From assembly GCA_904063045.1 (NCBI GenBank), contig CAJFCJ010000061.1, forward strand, positions 24,186 through 88,185: a stretch of DNA of 64,000 nt, written 5' to 3'. The position numbers and the translations under genes were made by a program. The notes beneath the pieces are model-generated. The model saw only the letters and a list, made by a program, of their open reading frames with translations, was not told the DNA's origin and ran no database searches. Shown here piece after piece: positions 13,701-25,989 of this stretch (position 1 is its first letter; every line of letters starts with the position of its first letter). The stretch comes from Dimorphilus gyrociliatus (lineage: Eukaryota; Animalia; Annelida).

Positions 13701-14023
13701 AACAAAAAAAACCTCTAAAAATTAAAAATTTCATATTACCTCAAGAGAGTGAAAATAGAAGAGGAAGTTGATATTTTGTATCTCTTTTCCTGAAGATTTC
13801 TTCATTTCTACCAGTTTTTTTAAAGTTTTGTGTTAATTTGTTTTTCAACATATATTTATATTTAAATGAAAATTTCTTTATTTTATGTGTTCTTTTGATT
13901 CATGGATGTTTTCTTTCAGTTTATGGACGTTTTCTTTCACTTTATGGATGTTTTCTTTCAGTTCATGGACGTTTTCTTTCGGTTTATGGACGTTTTCTTT
14001 CATGGACGTTTTCTGTCGCATCC
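10754..14023 (-). mobile_element. Nested MULE element B, 3270 bp, 9-bp TSD
   Basis: TSD TGGATCCAT at 10745-10753 and 14024-14032. TIRs GGGGTTGACAGAAAATGTCCA / TGGACGTTTTCTGTCGCATCC with AGAAAACGTCCA subrepeats. Confidence 0.95.
11358..13482 (-). CDS. Near-intact spliced PHD-FLYWCH-MULE DDE transposase (element B)
   Basis: PHD CSIC..CSLC..HIKC..CFIC. FLYWCH GSQKGK..HKGFSY..WTCS..C..H.H. Catalytic WYLDGTFK, IVLDYE, GCSFHW and TNNDLEGYH all present. One apparent frameshift in an A-run at ~12205-12215. Confidence 0.88.
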
Positions 14024-14574
14024 TGGATCCATATGCACTCTATCCAAGAAAAAATTTCATTTGAAATGTCTAAAAGGTAACACTTCATTATTAATTTTGA
14101 TTAAGTTTTAAAGTTATTGTTTTAGATGGTTTTTGCTCAATGTGTACAACAATCAACAAATGCCAATTAAAAGTAATTTTGAACAAATATGATAACATTT
14201 CCATACTTCTTCAACAATCAGAAACTGAAGGTAACAATCCAATGGCAGTGGACAGCCAAACCTCAACTCCTGACGAAATATTGGAAGAGAAGAGCATGAC
14301 AGAAGCTGTTGTTACCACATTTCAATTGGAAGGAGAATTGCCAACAAGTTCTCCAGAGAACAAAAATATCATGGAAGTTGATCATGAAGAAGAGTGCATG
14401 ACAACTGAAATCATACAAGAAGATAATATTAATGTAGTTGATGCCTAAAATGAAATAGAAAGCTCATTTGAAGACATAATGGATGAGGTTAACTTAGATG
14501 ATGATGGAGCATTTAGAATTTTCAAGAATGGGAGCCAAAAAGGAAAACCATTAATGGTTCATAATGGTTATTTA

Positions 14575-17212
14575 GGATGTTGTTGAAAACGCCCACTGTT
14601 GAAAACGCCCACTGTGCTTGTTGAAACCGCCCACTGTGCTTGTTGAAAACGCCCATTGTTTTGAACTATTACATTAAACTTACCAAAGCTGTTTAAATAC
14701 CTTTGAAATTGTAATACTTTATATTGAAATAATACAACTGAAGGAATAAATCTGGTTTTACAATTGTATTCAGCAAATAGAATCATTTAGAGTAAATATA
14801 AAAGATGACAAACAGATTCATGGATGATAAATTGCTGAACATTTTTCCAACAGCTCACTTGCACAAATATCACCATTTTCAAACTCATCCCAATATTCAT
14901 ATATTTTCTTCTGAATGTTGGCATAGATTTTTTTTTGCATCCTAGAAATCTTTTTTTCTGATAGTAGCTTTTGATATACATTAATTAGATCACTTTCTCT
15001 TTTTAGTTCATCCACAATGAGGCATTTTCTTGCAAATTTCTGTTGAATTTGTTGTGGAAACCTTCCAAGTCATTATTTGTTCAAATAGCTCTTTTAAACA
15101 CTGACCAATTATTTGGTGACCACAAATCATTATCTATCCATGTTTCCTCCATGTATTTCACAAAATTATTTAATTTGCCAGTCTCAGCTAAGTTCCTTTT
15201 AATCTTTTTAAAGTGATGTTTTATAATATTACTGGGAAGAAAAGGAAGAGCTAATATCATCTTCATTGCATACCATTCTCCTGTTTTATTTTTGTAGTCT
15301 CTACTATAGCCAAGGTCCTAATGTGTTTTTTAAATATTAAAAATTCTTAAAATATCATAAAAAATTACTACCTTTATTGTTCTAAATACAAATTTATTTC
15401 AGAATACCCTGACACCAATGAAATAGACATCCACCTATTTCTGCATTTTCCCAAACAGAAAGAATTGCTTTCCAAATTGCCTTTTCAAAATCAATAACAA
15501 ATCTCTTTGGCTTATAATTATTTGTTAATTCACAAACAGTCTGAAAAAGTTCAAAATCACCTTTGGAATATATTTAGAAAAACTTTCATCTTACTTGAAA
15601 CAACAGTTTATATGCTTTTTTCTTTTTTGAAGACATAAACACATTTAATAGTGGTACTTGTTTTAATTTCTCATTTTTTTTCAAAAATCCATGTATAGAG
15701 AATATTTGTATAAAAGGATTATGGGCATGTTTAAAGGTTCCATCAAGAAACCATGTTTTAGTTGAGGAAAGAAGTTGCTTATTTGTTGCAAAAATTATAA
15801 TGCGAAACCCATTTTCATTAATATCTTTTCTTAGAAATCTGTCAGGTAAAAAAGTATAATTTAGGAAAACGTTAATACCATCTGGTTCTCTTCGACGATC
15901 TTTTCTCTTGTGATAATTGACAATTTGTACACAGGTTGTTAGTTTTGGCAAATTTTCAGCATCTGTGTGATTTATCAAAACTTCTTCAACAATTCTTCTT
16001 CCACTTAATATTAGATTTTCTTGACTTTTATTTTTTAAATAATTTCTTATCAGCAGTTTTCTCTCATTATCCTTATTTCCCAAATGTATGTGTGCTCTTT
16101 TACCTAAAGTAAAAGAACTTCCATTTTGATTGACACTAGCAGGACATCTTTGATTTTTATTTCTCCTGCTGCAAATCCATACAGTTCTCTTCTTTGTTTT
16201 TAATTTTACATTAAAAGAAAAGCCATTATGAACTAGTAAATCCTTTCCTTTTTGGCTACAATTTTCTATAATTTCAAATTTAGATGAATCACAATTTGTA
16301 ATACTAGGTGATTCTTTTTCAAAAGAGTTTTCTTCAAGATCACTGACTTCAAAATTAGGATCACTACCAACACTTGAATTTGTAATATCAAGTGAGGGAT
16401 TATTAATATCCATCACATGTTCATCATACAAATCGTAATGAAATGGTATTTGATAATGCTGTTGATCATTGCTTTCAATGATATTTTCTGTAGTTGTCTC
16501 ATTATGTTGATCACATTTTTCAAGTAGTATTATTTTTAAATGGCATTTTGACATTGTTAAACATACTGAGCAAAGACATTTGTCAGACCCTATTTAATAA
16601 ATTATAAATATTTAAAAAAAGAAAACAAGTGAAACTAACCATTAATGCACTTCTTATGATAATTATGATGACAAAGGTTACATTTGAAGCCAGTGTTGTT
16701 TCTTTTAATAAACTTCCTACAAACATTGCATGACACCATGTTGTTTTCAGGGAATGATTTTAAGATTTTCAAACTTATTCAATTTTCTTGAAAATTAATT
16801 GATTATTTTGTAGACTTTCAAGTAGCAATGTATATTTAATTATTTATACATCAATTAAGTCATGAATTATGTTTACAACATTAAAATTAACCACAAAAAA
16901 TTATAAAAATAATAAATTGATCTTACCTCTGACTGAGTGATATTTGGAGAGGAAGTAGAATTAAAAATGGTGAAAGATTCTTTTGTAAAAATAAAAACTG
17001 GTAGTAGAAGATTTTTTTTAAATGATCAAATTTTATTTATAATTCTTTGGCAATCAATTTTGATATTCTCTGTTTCAATAAAATAAATATATTAAGAACA
17101 CATATTAAAAGTTTTAATATTAATAATCAATAATCCTAAAATTGATTATAAACATATTTTAAACCAAAGTGGGCAGTTTCAACAAGCACAGTGGGCGTTT
17201 TCAGCAACCCCC
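14575..17212 (-). mobile_element. Nested MULE element C, 2638 bp, 9-bp TSD
   Basis: TSD GGTTATTTA at 14566-14574 and 17213-17221. TIRs GGATGTTGTTGAAAACGCCCAC / GTGGGCGTTTTCAGCAACCCCC. Confidence 0.95.
14818..16739 (-). pseudogene. Spliced PHD-FLYWCH-MULE transposase of element C, frameshifted 3' part
   Basis: MVSCNVC..CNLC..HKKC|..CSVC (PHD), FLYWCH, WFLDGTFK, LLALPFLP-like motif, QKLLSEKK. Confidence 0.88.
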
Positions 17213-18719
17213 GGTTATTTATATACTATAAAAGGACACAGAGAACACTTTAGAATATGGAGATGCAGTGTGAGAAATCAAAAAAAAAATGTCCTGCAAG
17301 CATAAATGAATATAAAGGTAATTGTCAAATTGGCTCTAAGCAGCACATTCATCCTCCAACAGCAAATTTGGAAAAGATCATAGAAATGAAAATTAAAATA
17401 AGAGAAAGAGCAAATAAAGATTTAAATGTCAGCAGCAAAAGAATAGTTGAAGATTCTTATCTGCAAAATGAAAATGTGTCCAATTTTCCAAAGATGTCAA
17501 CATCAAAAGCAATTGTTAACTACCAAAGGAGAAAAAACAGGCCAAAGGAACCTGCTAAGATGTGGTTTTTAGATGGAACTTTTAAAGTTGTAAATCCTCC
17601 ATTCAAACAGCTGTTTTCCACTCACTCATTTCTAAAAAAAGATGGTGTTTTTCCTCTTCTTTTTGCAATGACATCATCAAAAAAGAAAATCTGTTATTCC
17701 CTTTTATTTAACGTATATTATTAATATTTTTAAAAAAGTCTACAAATATTTCTGCAGGCTATAAAAAAATTGATTGCTGAAAAATCACCAAATAAAATAT
17801 TGGTAGATTTTGAAAGAGCCATTTGGAAGAATTTACAAAAGCATTTTCGAGATGCTGAAGTAAAAGGCTGTTTATTTCACTGGACTCAGGCAGTTTTCAG
17901 AAAGATTCAAGTACAAATTCATTTTGTGTTGAATATTTTCTTTAAAATTAATTTTCTTTCTGTTTTCATAGGAATTTGGTTATTCTGGTGAATATAAAAA
18001 CCACTCTGGGCAAAAAACTGAAATGAAAAAGCTATTGGCTTTACCATTCCTACCTGCTGATGTTATTCCAAATGAATTTTATAAAATAAAGCAACATTTG
18101 AAAGCAATTGAGAAGTTGCAGGACCTAAAAACTTATATTGAGGATACTTGGATTGAACATAACATGTGGACACCCTCTTCTTGTTCAGCATATGAATCTT
18201 CAATCAGGACAAATAATGATATTGAGGGATTCCACAATAGGTTAAATATAAATGTTGGCAATTCTAAATCTTTCTACAATCTGATAGATGAACTAAAAAG
18301 AGAGGCTGATCTCATTCCAATTTATCAACAAATGCTCTAAAATATATTTTTCACATTGGATACATGTTATTCTTTTAGTTTAAGTAGTTACTTTTAGTGC
18401 TTTATTTTTGGTATGGTGCTTTTCATGTTATTTTAGTAAATAAATCACTTCGGACTATTATTATAATTTTAAGTTTCCAATATTTTTTTAACATTTATAT
18501 TTATCATTTTCTAAATAAAAATAAGTCTTTGGCCATTTTCAATCAAACTTCTGGATGTTTTCAATCAAACCTCTGGCCATTTTCAATCAAGCCTATGGCC
18601 ACTTTCAACTGACCTCTGGCCATTTTCTACTAGTCCCCTGCAGGATGAATGTCCTTGAGGTATCCATCCTTTGGAAGAGGTTAACATTGGCCATACATTT
18701 ATTTGAGTTTATAATTTTA

Positions 18720-19260
18720 CAAGGCAAAAGCTATGGCCGAAAGAACCAAATTTTATTATTTAAATAGAGATTTCATTCCAGATGATTTTTTGCAAGATGA
18801 TATACATGAAAATAAAGAGAAAATTCTTATTTTTACTAACAGTCACGAACTTAATCTGCTGGGTCAGTCAAATCACTGGTTTATTGATGGAACATTCAAG
18901 ATTCTGAAGGATCTATTTTATCAGCTCTTATCTATACACAGCTATGTAAAAATGAAACATGTTCCCTTACCATTTATCTTTATGACATCAAAAAAAGAAG
19001 CTATAAAAAGCATTTAAGGCATAAGTTTGAGGAACTTATTCTTCAACTTTTAAAAATCTATTTCATATTTCAGAGTATTAGACACCTGATTGGCATGTCA
19101 CCACCTGAGAAAATTACAATTGACCTTGAGATGGGTCTGTGGAGAGCTATATCCAAAATATATCCAGAATCAAAAATTCATGGATGTGTATTCCATTTCA
19201 CACAAGCAATATACAGGAAACTGCCTGTATAATATTCATTTTAAATTAACATTTCAAAAA
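18720..19260 (+). mobile_element. MULE transposase internal fragment closely related to element A
   Basis: DFIPDDFLQDDI..LLGQSNHWFIDGTFK is nearly identical to the reverse complement of ~8130-8700. Confidence 0.85.
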
Positions 19261-19363
19261 AAGGACAATTTCATATTTATAGAACTCAAAGCAAGAACTG
19301 AGATAATTAATTTCAGTTGTAGTAAGTTAGGAAGAGGTTTATTCTATAATTTCTACATTAATA

Positions 19364-20604
19364 CAGTACCGGCGGTAAGTCACTGTTACACCTCAAAAAA
19401 ATAATATTTTCTTGATTTTTTCTCTTTCCACGCCTAAAGAATGAAAATGAAGGATATTATTATATTTAATAATATTCTTCTTATCATTATAGAAAGAAAA
19501 TATATGTTTTTAATTTAAAGGCATCTAAATCAAACCCCAAGTGGACGGCCCATCAGGTATTATATAATTCTGTTATACCAATATCTCTTTCTCTAACAAC
19601 AGTGAAGCAGGTACTACGAAAAAATAACTTAAATGGGAGAATTGCAGCCAAAAAACCTGCTTTATCTAAGAGGCAGATAATAAGTAGGAAAGAGTTCTGT
19701 AGAGAGAGAGAAAACTGGGGGATTGAAAATTGGAAAAAAGTAATTTTTTCTGATAAATCAAAGGTTGAGCTGCATCCTAGGAGAAGGGAGTTTGTTAGGA
19801 GGCCACCAGGTAAATGGAATGACCCCAAATATACCACAAAAACAGTAAAATTTGGGGGAGGGAATATAATGGTGTTTGGCTACATTAAGTTCAATGGAGA
19901 TAGGGGCCTAGCTTTAGTATCTAATCACATGACAGCTTCGGATTATGTCAAAATTTTGAGCAGTCATGTTGTCCCAAATTATAGGAGAGGGGAAATTTTC
20001 CAGCAGGATGGGGCTAGCTGTCATACAGCAGCCAGAACAAAAGTGTACCTCGAGAGAAAGGGAGTAGAAACACTGGATCCATGGCCAGCAAACAGCCCAG
20101 ACCTGAACATAATTGAGCAAATATGGGGCATATGCAAAAAACATTTAATGGCACATAAGCCAAGAAACAAGGATGAGCTGTGGGAGATGTTCAGAGAGGA
20201 ATTTTATAAAATTTCAGAATTGGAAATTCAATTCTTATATGAGACAATGGAAAGAAGGCTTAGGGCAGTTGTAGAAGCTAAGGGTATGCACACAAAATAT
20301 TAAGGCATTAAAAAATATAATATCCTGTAAATAACAGTCAAAATAAGAACAAAAAAATATTTTTAATATTCTTTTAGAGTAATTTTTGTGATTGTTAACA
20401 AGTACTTATGCTCCCATAGAAAATAGGCCTACCACATTAAAATATCAATAATTCAGAGATTTGAAATATATTTTCTCTCTATAATGATAAGAAGAATATT
20501 ACTAAATATAATAATATCCTTCATTTTCATTCTTTAAATACGGAAAGAGAAAAAATCAAGAAAATATTATTTTTTTGAGGTGTAACAGTGACTTACCGCC
20601 GGTA
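19364..20604 (+). mobile_element. Tc1-like element with ~140-bp TIRs, N-terminally deleted
   Basis: TA|CAGTACCGGCGGTAAGTCACTGTTACACC at 19362 and its inverse ending ~20604. The last few right-end bases are altered. Confidence 0.9.
19602..20303 (+). CDS. Tc1-family DDE transposase (DD35E spacing), lacking the N-terminal HTH
   Basis: IFSD, GGGNIMVFG, FQQDGASCH, WPANSPDLNIIE; 35 residues counted between the second D and E. Confidence 0.88.
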   Translation: MKQVLRKNNLNGRIAAKKPALSKRQIISRKEFCRERENWGIENWKKVIFSDKSKVELHPRRREFVRRPPGKWNDPKYTTKTVKFGGGNIMVFGYIKFNGDRGLALVSNHMTASDYVKILSSHVVPNYRRGEIFQQDGASCHTAARTKVYLERKGVETLDPWPANSPDLNIIEQIWGICKKHLMAHKPRNKDELWEMFREEFYKISELEIQFLYETMERRLRAVVEAKGMHTKY

Positions 20605-20760
20605 GTTGGGATTAGGTTAGGAACAATATTCAAGCAATTGATTTGTAATTAGGTGGGTCCAAACTAAGGGTTAAGAACAGTAAAACCCTAAAAACAGGCT
20701 CCAGGGCTGGGTTAGGGTTTGGGTAAAACTGAAAAACTGTGGGCGTTTTCAACAACATCC
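20605..20760. mobile_element. Right part of a MITE related to MULE element C
   Basis: Ends GTGGGCGTTTTCAACAACATCC, the exact reverse complement of the element C left terminus. Internal GGGTTAGGG motifs; homologous to 39646-39850. Confidence 0.7.
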
Positions 20761-21784
20761 CAAAAATAGTGCTCTTGGTAAAGAATTGCTTTGTGTCAAG
20801 GTGAAAATATGTGTTTACATATATTGATGATGAAAAAGTTGATAAAGGATTGAGAGGACAAGCATTGACAACAGCTATTTTATCCTACTATGAATAATCA
20901 TTAAAATTATTTAAGTGTCTAAGTTCTGTATAGAAAGAATGGCCAATAGAAAGAACATCCCTAATATGGACATACTTTGTTCTTTTACTCCGCAGTCAGC
21001 AGCAAAATTTGTTTAAAAACTTAAATATTCTAAAAGAAAATTTAATTATTAAAAACGTGTCTTTAAACTTCAAAGATTCTATTTAATCAACACAAGGGTT
21101 AGAACAGATATTGAAACAATTAAATCAATTTACACTATTAGTTAGGAATATTAAACAATAGAAAATTATTGTTAATATCTTAAACTATAAATCAACCATT
21201 TTGTATTGATATACAAAAACAGTGCTGACATTATACAGTTTCACAAAGAGGTCCTCATATAGAAGTTGTAAATAAAATTTTATTGGCATGTGCAATTTGA
21301 TCACAACTAAAACATTAATGTAACAAAAAAATAGCAATTACAGAATTATCATTGCCACAACAATACTAAAATTGTACTTTGTCATATTGGAATTGTAGGA
21401 ATTTATGAATAATCATACAATCATTTAACAGGTCTACCAGTTTACCATTCTAAATATAGAAAGAAAGAATCTAACTAAAATATTTTTAAAAATTTTGGAA
21501 ACTTCTTATACCTTTTATTTTCAGAATTTATTTTTTGAAGAATAAAGTATTTCGCAAAAAAATTGAAACACCAACTGGATAGGCTGAACATTAAAAATCT
21601 TTTCACAAAGAAAAAGTTGTTTTTCTGAATTTTGAGGAAAAGAAGTGATTTTTCTTCAATAGAATTAGGTTGTTTAAAGGGTACTTTATACAATTTAATA
21701 TAATATTTCTTTTTTACAGCTTTCTAAAACATTTTTTTTTACTTTAGACAACAGGTAGTTTTTCACAATTTTCTTATATAATTT

Positions 21785-22970
21785 AAAGTGTGACATAAGT
21801 ATCCATATGAACATGTTTTTTGTCTAAATAGTTATAAATCATTCGAATTTCGAACAATTTGAAATTATCAGACAATTCTTTCAACTTAGTAGCTAATATA
21901 ATACCATAAGCAAATAGGAGAGCTTGCAAGACAGAAAAAAACACAGATGACCTATGATGAACTCCAAGAGGATTTGAATATCCCTAGGTCATGTCTTCAA
22001 TACATTTGTGAAGGTAGAAGGGAAGGACAGCCTAAGAGAAGAAGCAGACCTTCAAAATTAAGTTTTAAGAACAAAATCTCTAATCAGAAGAGAATGTGCA
22101 AGATTGCAGAAAAGGAGAGAGCTAGCTACTGCTAATATAATCAAGCAGAATTTAGGGCTGGATATCTCAAAGAGAACCATCCAAAGGATTCTAAAGCAAG
22201 AAGGAGCAAGCTATGTAGCTCTTCCAAAAATTTGCGCTCTGTCAACAAAAGCTAAAAATACTCGAATGGCTTTGGTAGGTGGCTGGATCCAACAACAGAT
22301 TAATTTAAGCAAAGTGATCTTTACTGATGATTCTAGGTTTGTCTAGATGGTCCAGATCACCTATTAACTTGGCAACTAGATGATAGGCCAAGACTCTCAA
22401 GGGATAAGCTTCCTGTTGGTGGAGGAAGAGTGATGGTGTGGGGGAATATATTCTCAGATGGTGAAGTTGTCATCCAAAGACTTCCCTCTAACATCACTGG
22501 AGAAATTTACTCCGAGTTCATTCAGGGGAGAGTTTTTCCAATATTGAGGGAAAAATTTGGTGAAGACTTCATCTGGCAGAGGATAATGCACCTCCACACA
22601 GTGCCAGGGTAACAATTGATACACTGGAGCAATCCAAGTGCTAGATTGGCCTCCATATTCACAGACCTCAACCCCATAGAAAATTTGTTGGGTTATTTAA
22701 AACAAAATGTCTATGAAACAAGTAGGTCCCAAACTCTTGACCATTAAAGGGACAGAATACAAGCTGAAACAGAAAAAATAAATAGAAACAACAGAGGCTA
22801 TGTACAACATTTGTATGAAGGAATAGGAGGAAGAATTGGGCAAGTTATTGCCAACAAAGATGACAGGATAGGAAAATAACTCCTTTATTAACACAAAATA
22901 TAGAAATGTAACAAAAATATGAAGACAAACTAGTTAATTGATGCTATATGGAAATTTTTGACACACTATT
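21785..22970 (+). mobile_element. Decayed Tc1 element
   Basis: HTH-like N-terminus, VIFTDDSRF, GGGRVMVWG, DNAPPH, WPPYSQDLNPIEN across frameshifts. Weak inverted ends GTGTG(A/T)CA..TCCATAT. Confidence 0.85.
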
Positions 22971-23292
22971 TTTCTGTTCTTTTTTAAGATTATTAAACAT
23001 TAAAAAAAAAATTATTTTTTTAGAATAAAAATATTTTTTTAAGCAAACCGAATCCAAATTTCAAATTCAAACATATTCTTCAACAAATATTTAAAAAAAA
23101 CCAAAAAAATTAATCTTAGAAATAAAAAAAAAAAGCTCTTTTATCAAAAAAAGTTTTTCTTTCATATATGGATCTTTCTGTCGCAGACTGTTTATATGAA
23201 TAACTTCTAAATAGAGTTTGGGTAAGTTTTTATTAATTTCTTTGGTATTATATTATGTATTGTTTTATTGATTTTTTTACTTATTTGGCTGC

Positions 23293-24675
23293 TACCGCAT
23301 AATAATTGGAACTGGGGGTTTAATGTTCATATTTTTTCTATTTTTCAATGTAATCACCCTCTTTTTCTAAACACTTTCTGACTCTATGCCCTATTCCCTG
23401 TATAAATTTGGTAACAAGCCCGGTTGCCTTTTTATAACCTCATAAGAACACTTTTGGATTTTCTTTGGATAATTCCTCCTCAGATTGGAATTGTGGACCA
23501 TCATAAACAACTTTTTTGGTGAGATGCCAGATATTCTCAATTGGGCTGAGGTCAGGGCCAATCAAGAGGGTGGATGCCATTCATCTGAAAGGCTCTTTTA
23601 GTTGTCTTAGCAGTCTTGCTGGAGGATGTTCTGCCTCCCCATTTTAGCTAATATATCTTCTATTACAGGAAGAAAATCTTCCATAATAAAACTGCTATAG
23701 TTGTCAGCATTCAGTTTTTCTGTATCCTCAATATCTCAAATATTCCATCAGATGCTATGAGTCCCCAAACCATTGTTCCACCTCTGCCCATATTTTTCAT
23801 CACCCTGAAGTCTTTTTCACCATGATTTGTCGATGTTCTGAAGTCATCAGGGCCATTTAGTGAGAAGTTAGTCTTGTTGGTGAAAATTAATTTAGACCAG
23901 TTTAGATTATCACTGATCATTTTAAGGCAATACATTTTTCTTCTTTCTCAATTGTTGGATGTGAGGTCAGGTCTTTGTCTCACTCATTTATACTTGACAT
24001 TTTGTCTTTTCAGCTCCCTCTGAATTGCTGCTATGATTACTTCTACTTCTAATTTCTGTAAAATTTTTCCTGCTACTTATTTTCAATTTCTTTATTATTC
24101 TTTTCATCCTGCCTATGTCTCTCTCTGTAAGTCTCTTTGGATGACCTTATTCTCCTGTTCTGGTGGATTGTATTGTAGAATATTGTCAACTGATGATGGT
24201 GTCATCCCCAAAACCCTTGCTGTTGCTCTTAATATTCCTATTTCCTTATATTTCCTTAGTACAAGATCCCTAATGTCTTTACTCCACATCATGGTTAAAT
24301 AAATAAAATAAAAATTAACTAATATAATTAAAATTGACAATATTAGATAAACTTAACTTGGAAAATTGAATAAGTCAAAAAAATTTTAGTTTACTATGTA
24401 TTTTTTATTGGCAAACCAGACATCAAGTGTTTATTCTAATAATTATGAAATGTGGCCAAATAAAGAAAAAATTGATGAAAATTACAAAAAATATTTTGCT
24501 AATAATATTCCCAAAAATCATCATTTTCTCAATTTTATTCAATATTATGTAAATATTACTCTTTATCTATGTAAATTTAGACAAAAAAGACTACTTTTGT
24601 GGGAAAAAACATTTTTGACCCTTATTTTAAATTTGGCCTATCAAAATTTAGAGTGTTCCAAAATTTATGCGGATT
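23293..24675 (-). mobile_element. Decayed Tc1 element
   Basis: MMWSKDIRDLV HTH, LIFTNKTNFSLNGPD, GGTMVWG, PDLSPIENIW. Inverted ends CCGCATAA..TTGGAAC / GTTCCAA..TTATGCGG. Confidence 0.85.
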
Positions 24676-24779
24676 ACTGCATAGCTGACAAATGTATGTG
24701 TACAGGATGAACATTAAGGATAAAATATTTATCAGTTTGACTTGAAGTGTAAAAAAAGCCTACAGTTTTCTATATTTTT

Positions 24780-25720
24780 ACAGTTGTTGTACTTTGCTGT
24801 ATCTCGATCATAGGAATTTTGTTCTCTTCCCAACTGTAGTTGTCTGTGCTGCTTATTTAATAACACCCTAAAATATTGGTCCAAATAGAACCTCAAGTTT
24901 GTATTAAACTTTCAACAGTGTACTGCCCTTGCTTGGCCAATTTATAAGTTTACAAGTTAAAACAGTACTGGTTCTACTCAAACCTTTAAACAAATGTTTA
25001 AATTTTAAATGGTTTATTTAATGTAGAATACTTATGCAAATAACAATATCAAAGTTCAATAGCAGAGCAGATAATTTGTAATAACAGGTCGCTAAATTAC
25101 TAAACTGTCTTCCTATGTTGAAGAGTAGAAAGCTTGTTCCAATGAAGGTTGTTTCTATAAGATTTTCTAAGATGATTAGGCTGGGATGTGATGATTTGAA
25201 TGAAAACAGTGAGGGTTATGTTCTTTGAGGTTTGCTTTTGATATCCAATCATCACTTTACAGTTGCTGAACTGTCTAGTTCATATTTATCTTCAGAAACA
25301 GGATGTTACAAGGCTCAAGACTTAAGAAGGCTAATTGAAATATAATTTGACCAAACCTTAACTGGCATATAATGATTAACCTTAAGGATGACTAACCAAG
25401 TCTATGTTTGGGCAAATGTTAATGCGTTTTCTTGCATAGCTTCTTTAAGAGACTACAGGTATAACTTGTTGCATAAATTAATATAGTTTAAGCATGAAAT
25501 ATAACCAAATTTCTGAATAAAATTTTAATGGATTTCTTATTGAGAGATATTACAGAAGAGAAAAATTGTTGTATTGTATTTGGTACAAAACATCAAATTA
25601 CATTTATTAAGATGAAAGTTTGTGGATGAACTTTAAAGGTTCTATTTGTTTGAGTACTTTGGCAAGTTGGTAAATGATTGGAAAGGACGATTACAGTTGT
25701 GACGAACCAGAAATCATTTC
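24780..25720. repeat. Repeat family U: divergent copy plus inverted partial copy
   Basis: 24780-25390 matches 29320-29770 and parts of 3590-3700. 25560-25720 is the reverse complement of ~3610-3770. Confidence 0.7.
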
Positions 25721-25759
25721 TTCAGGTATTACTGGATATTTTAGTTGGACGTGGTTAGG

Positions 25760-25875
25760 GTTGTGGTTGATTTTGATGCTGCTCTATAGAGACATCCAAG
25801 AGTCATTCCCAAGCACTCTAATTCAAGCATGTGTTTACCACTTTAAAAATGCAGTTTTCAAAAAAATACAAGTAA
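25760..25875 (+). mobile_element. Isolated MULE transposase exon remnant
   Basis: VVVDFDAAL..IQESFPSTLIQACVYHFKNAVFKKIQ followed by a GTAAG donor, at the same intron position as the other MULEs. Confidence 0.7.
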
Positions 25876-25989
25876 GTTTTATATTGATGACAACTTAGAA
25901 CTTCAAAGTTACCTCTAATATAGAACTTGGGATATATAAACAATTATAAAGAGAAAGATTACCAAAAAAAAAAATAAACCCAATTGTAG

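Larger units (their letters stand above)
10697..18340 (+). pseudogene. Disrupted PHD-FLYWCH-MULE transposase of host element H
   Basis: MAPCCFCC (10697) ..YGS|ICTL..FHLKC|DGFCSMC (PHD split by insert B). GSQKGK..HNGYL|YTIK..WRCSVR (FLYWCH split by insert C). WFLDGTFK, LVDFE, GCLFHW, RTNNDIEGFH. Confidence 0.85.
10265..18638 (+). mobile_element. Host MULE element H carrying two nested MULE insertions
   Basis: Inverted termini with TTGAAAATGGCCA subrepeats at ~10265-10370 and ~18500-18638. The transposase frame is restored when both inserts are removed. The left terminal bases are degraded and no TSD was found. Confidence 0.8.

Noticed and set aside
20770-21700. Coding-like fragments between Tc1 elements
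   Set aside because: No recognisable motif or consistent frame.
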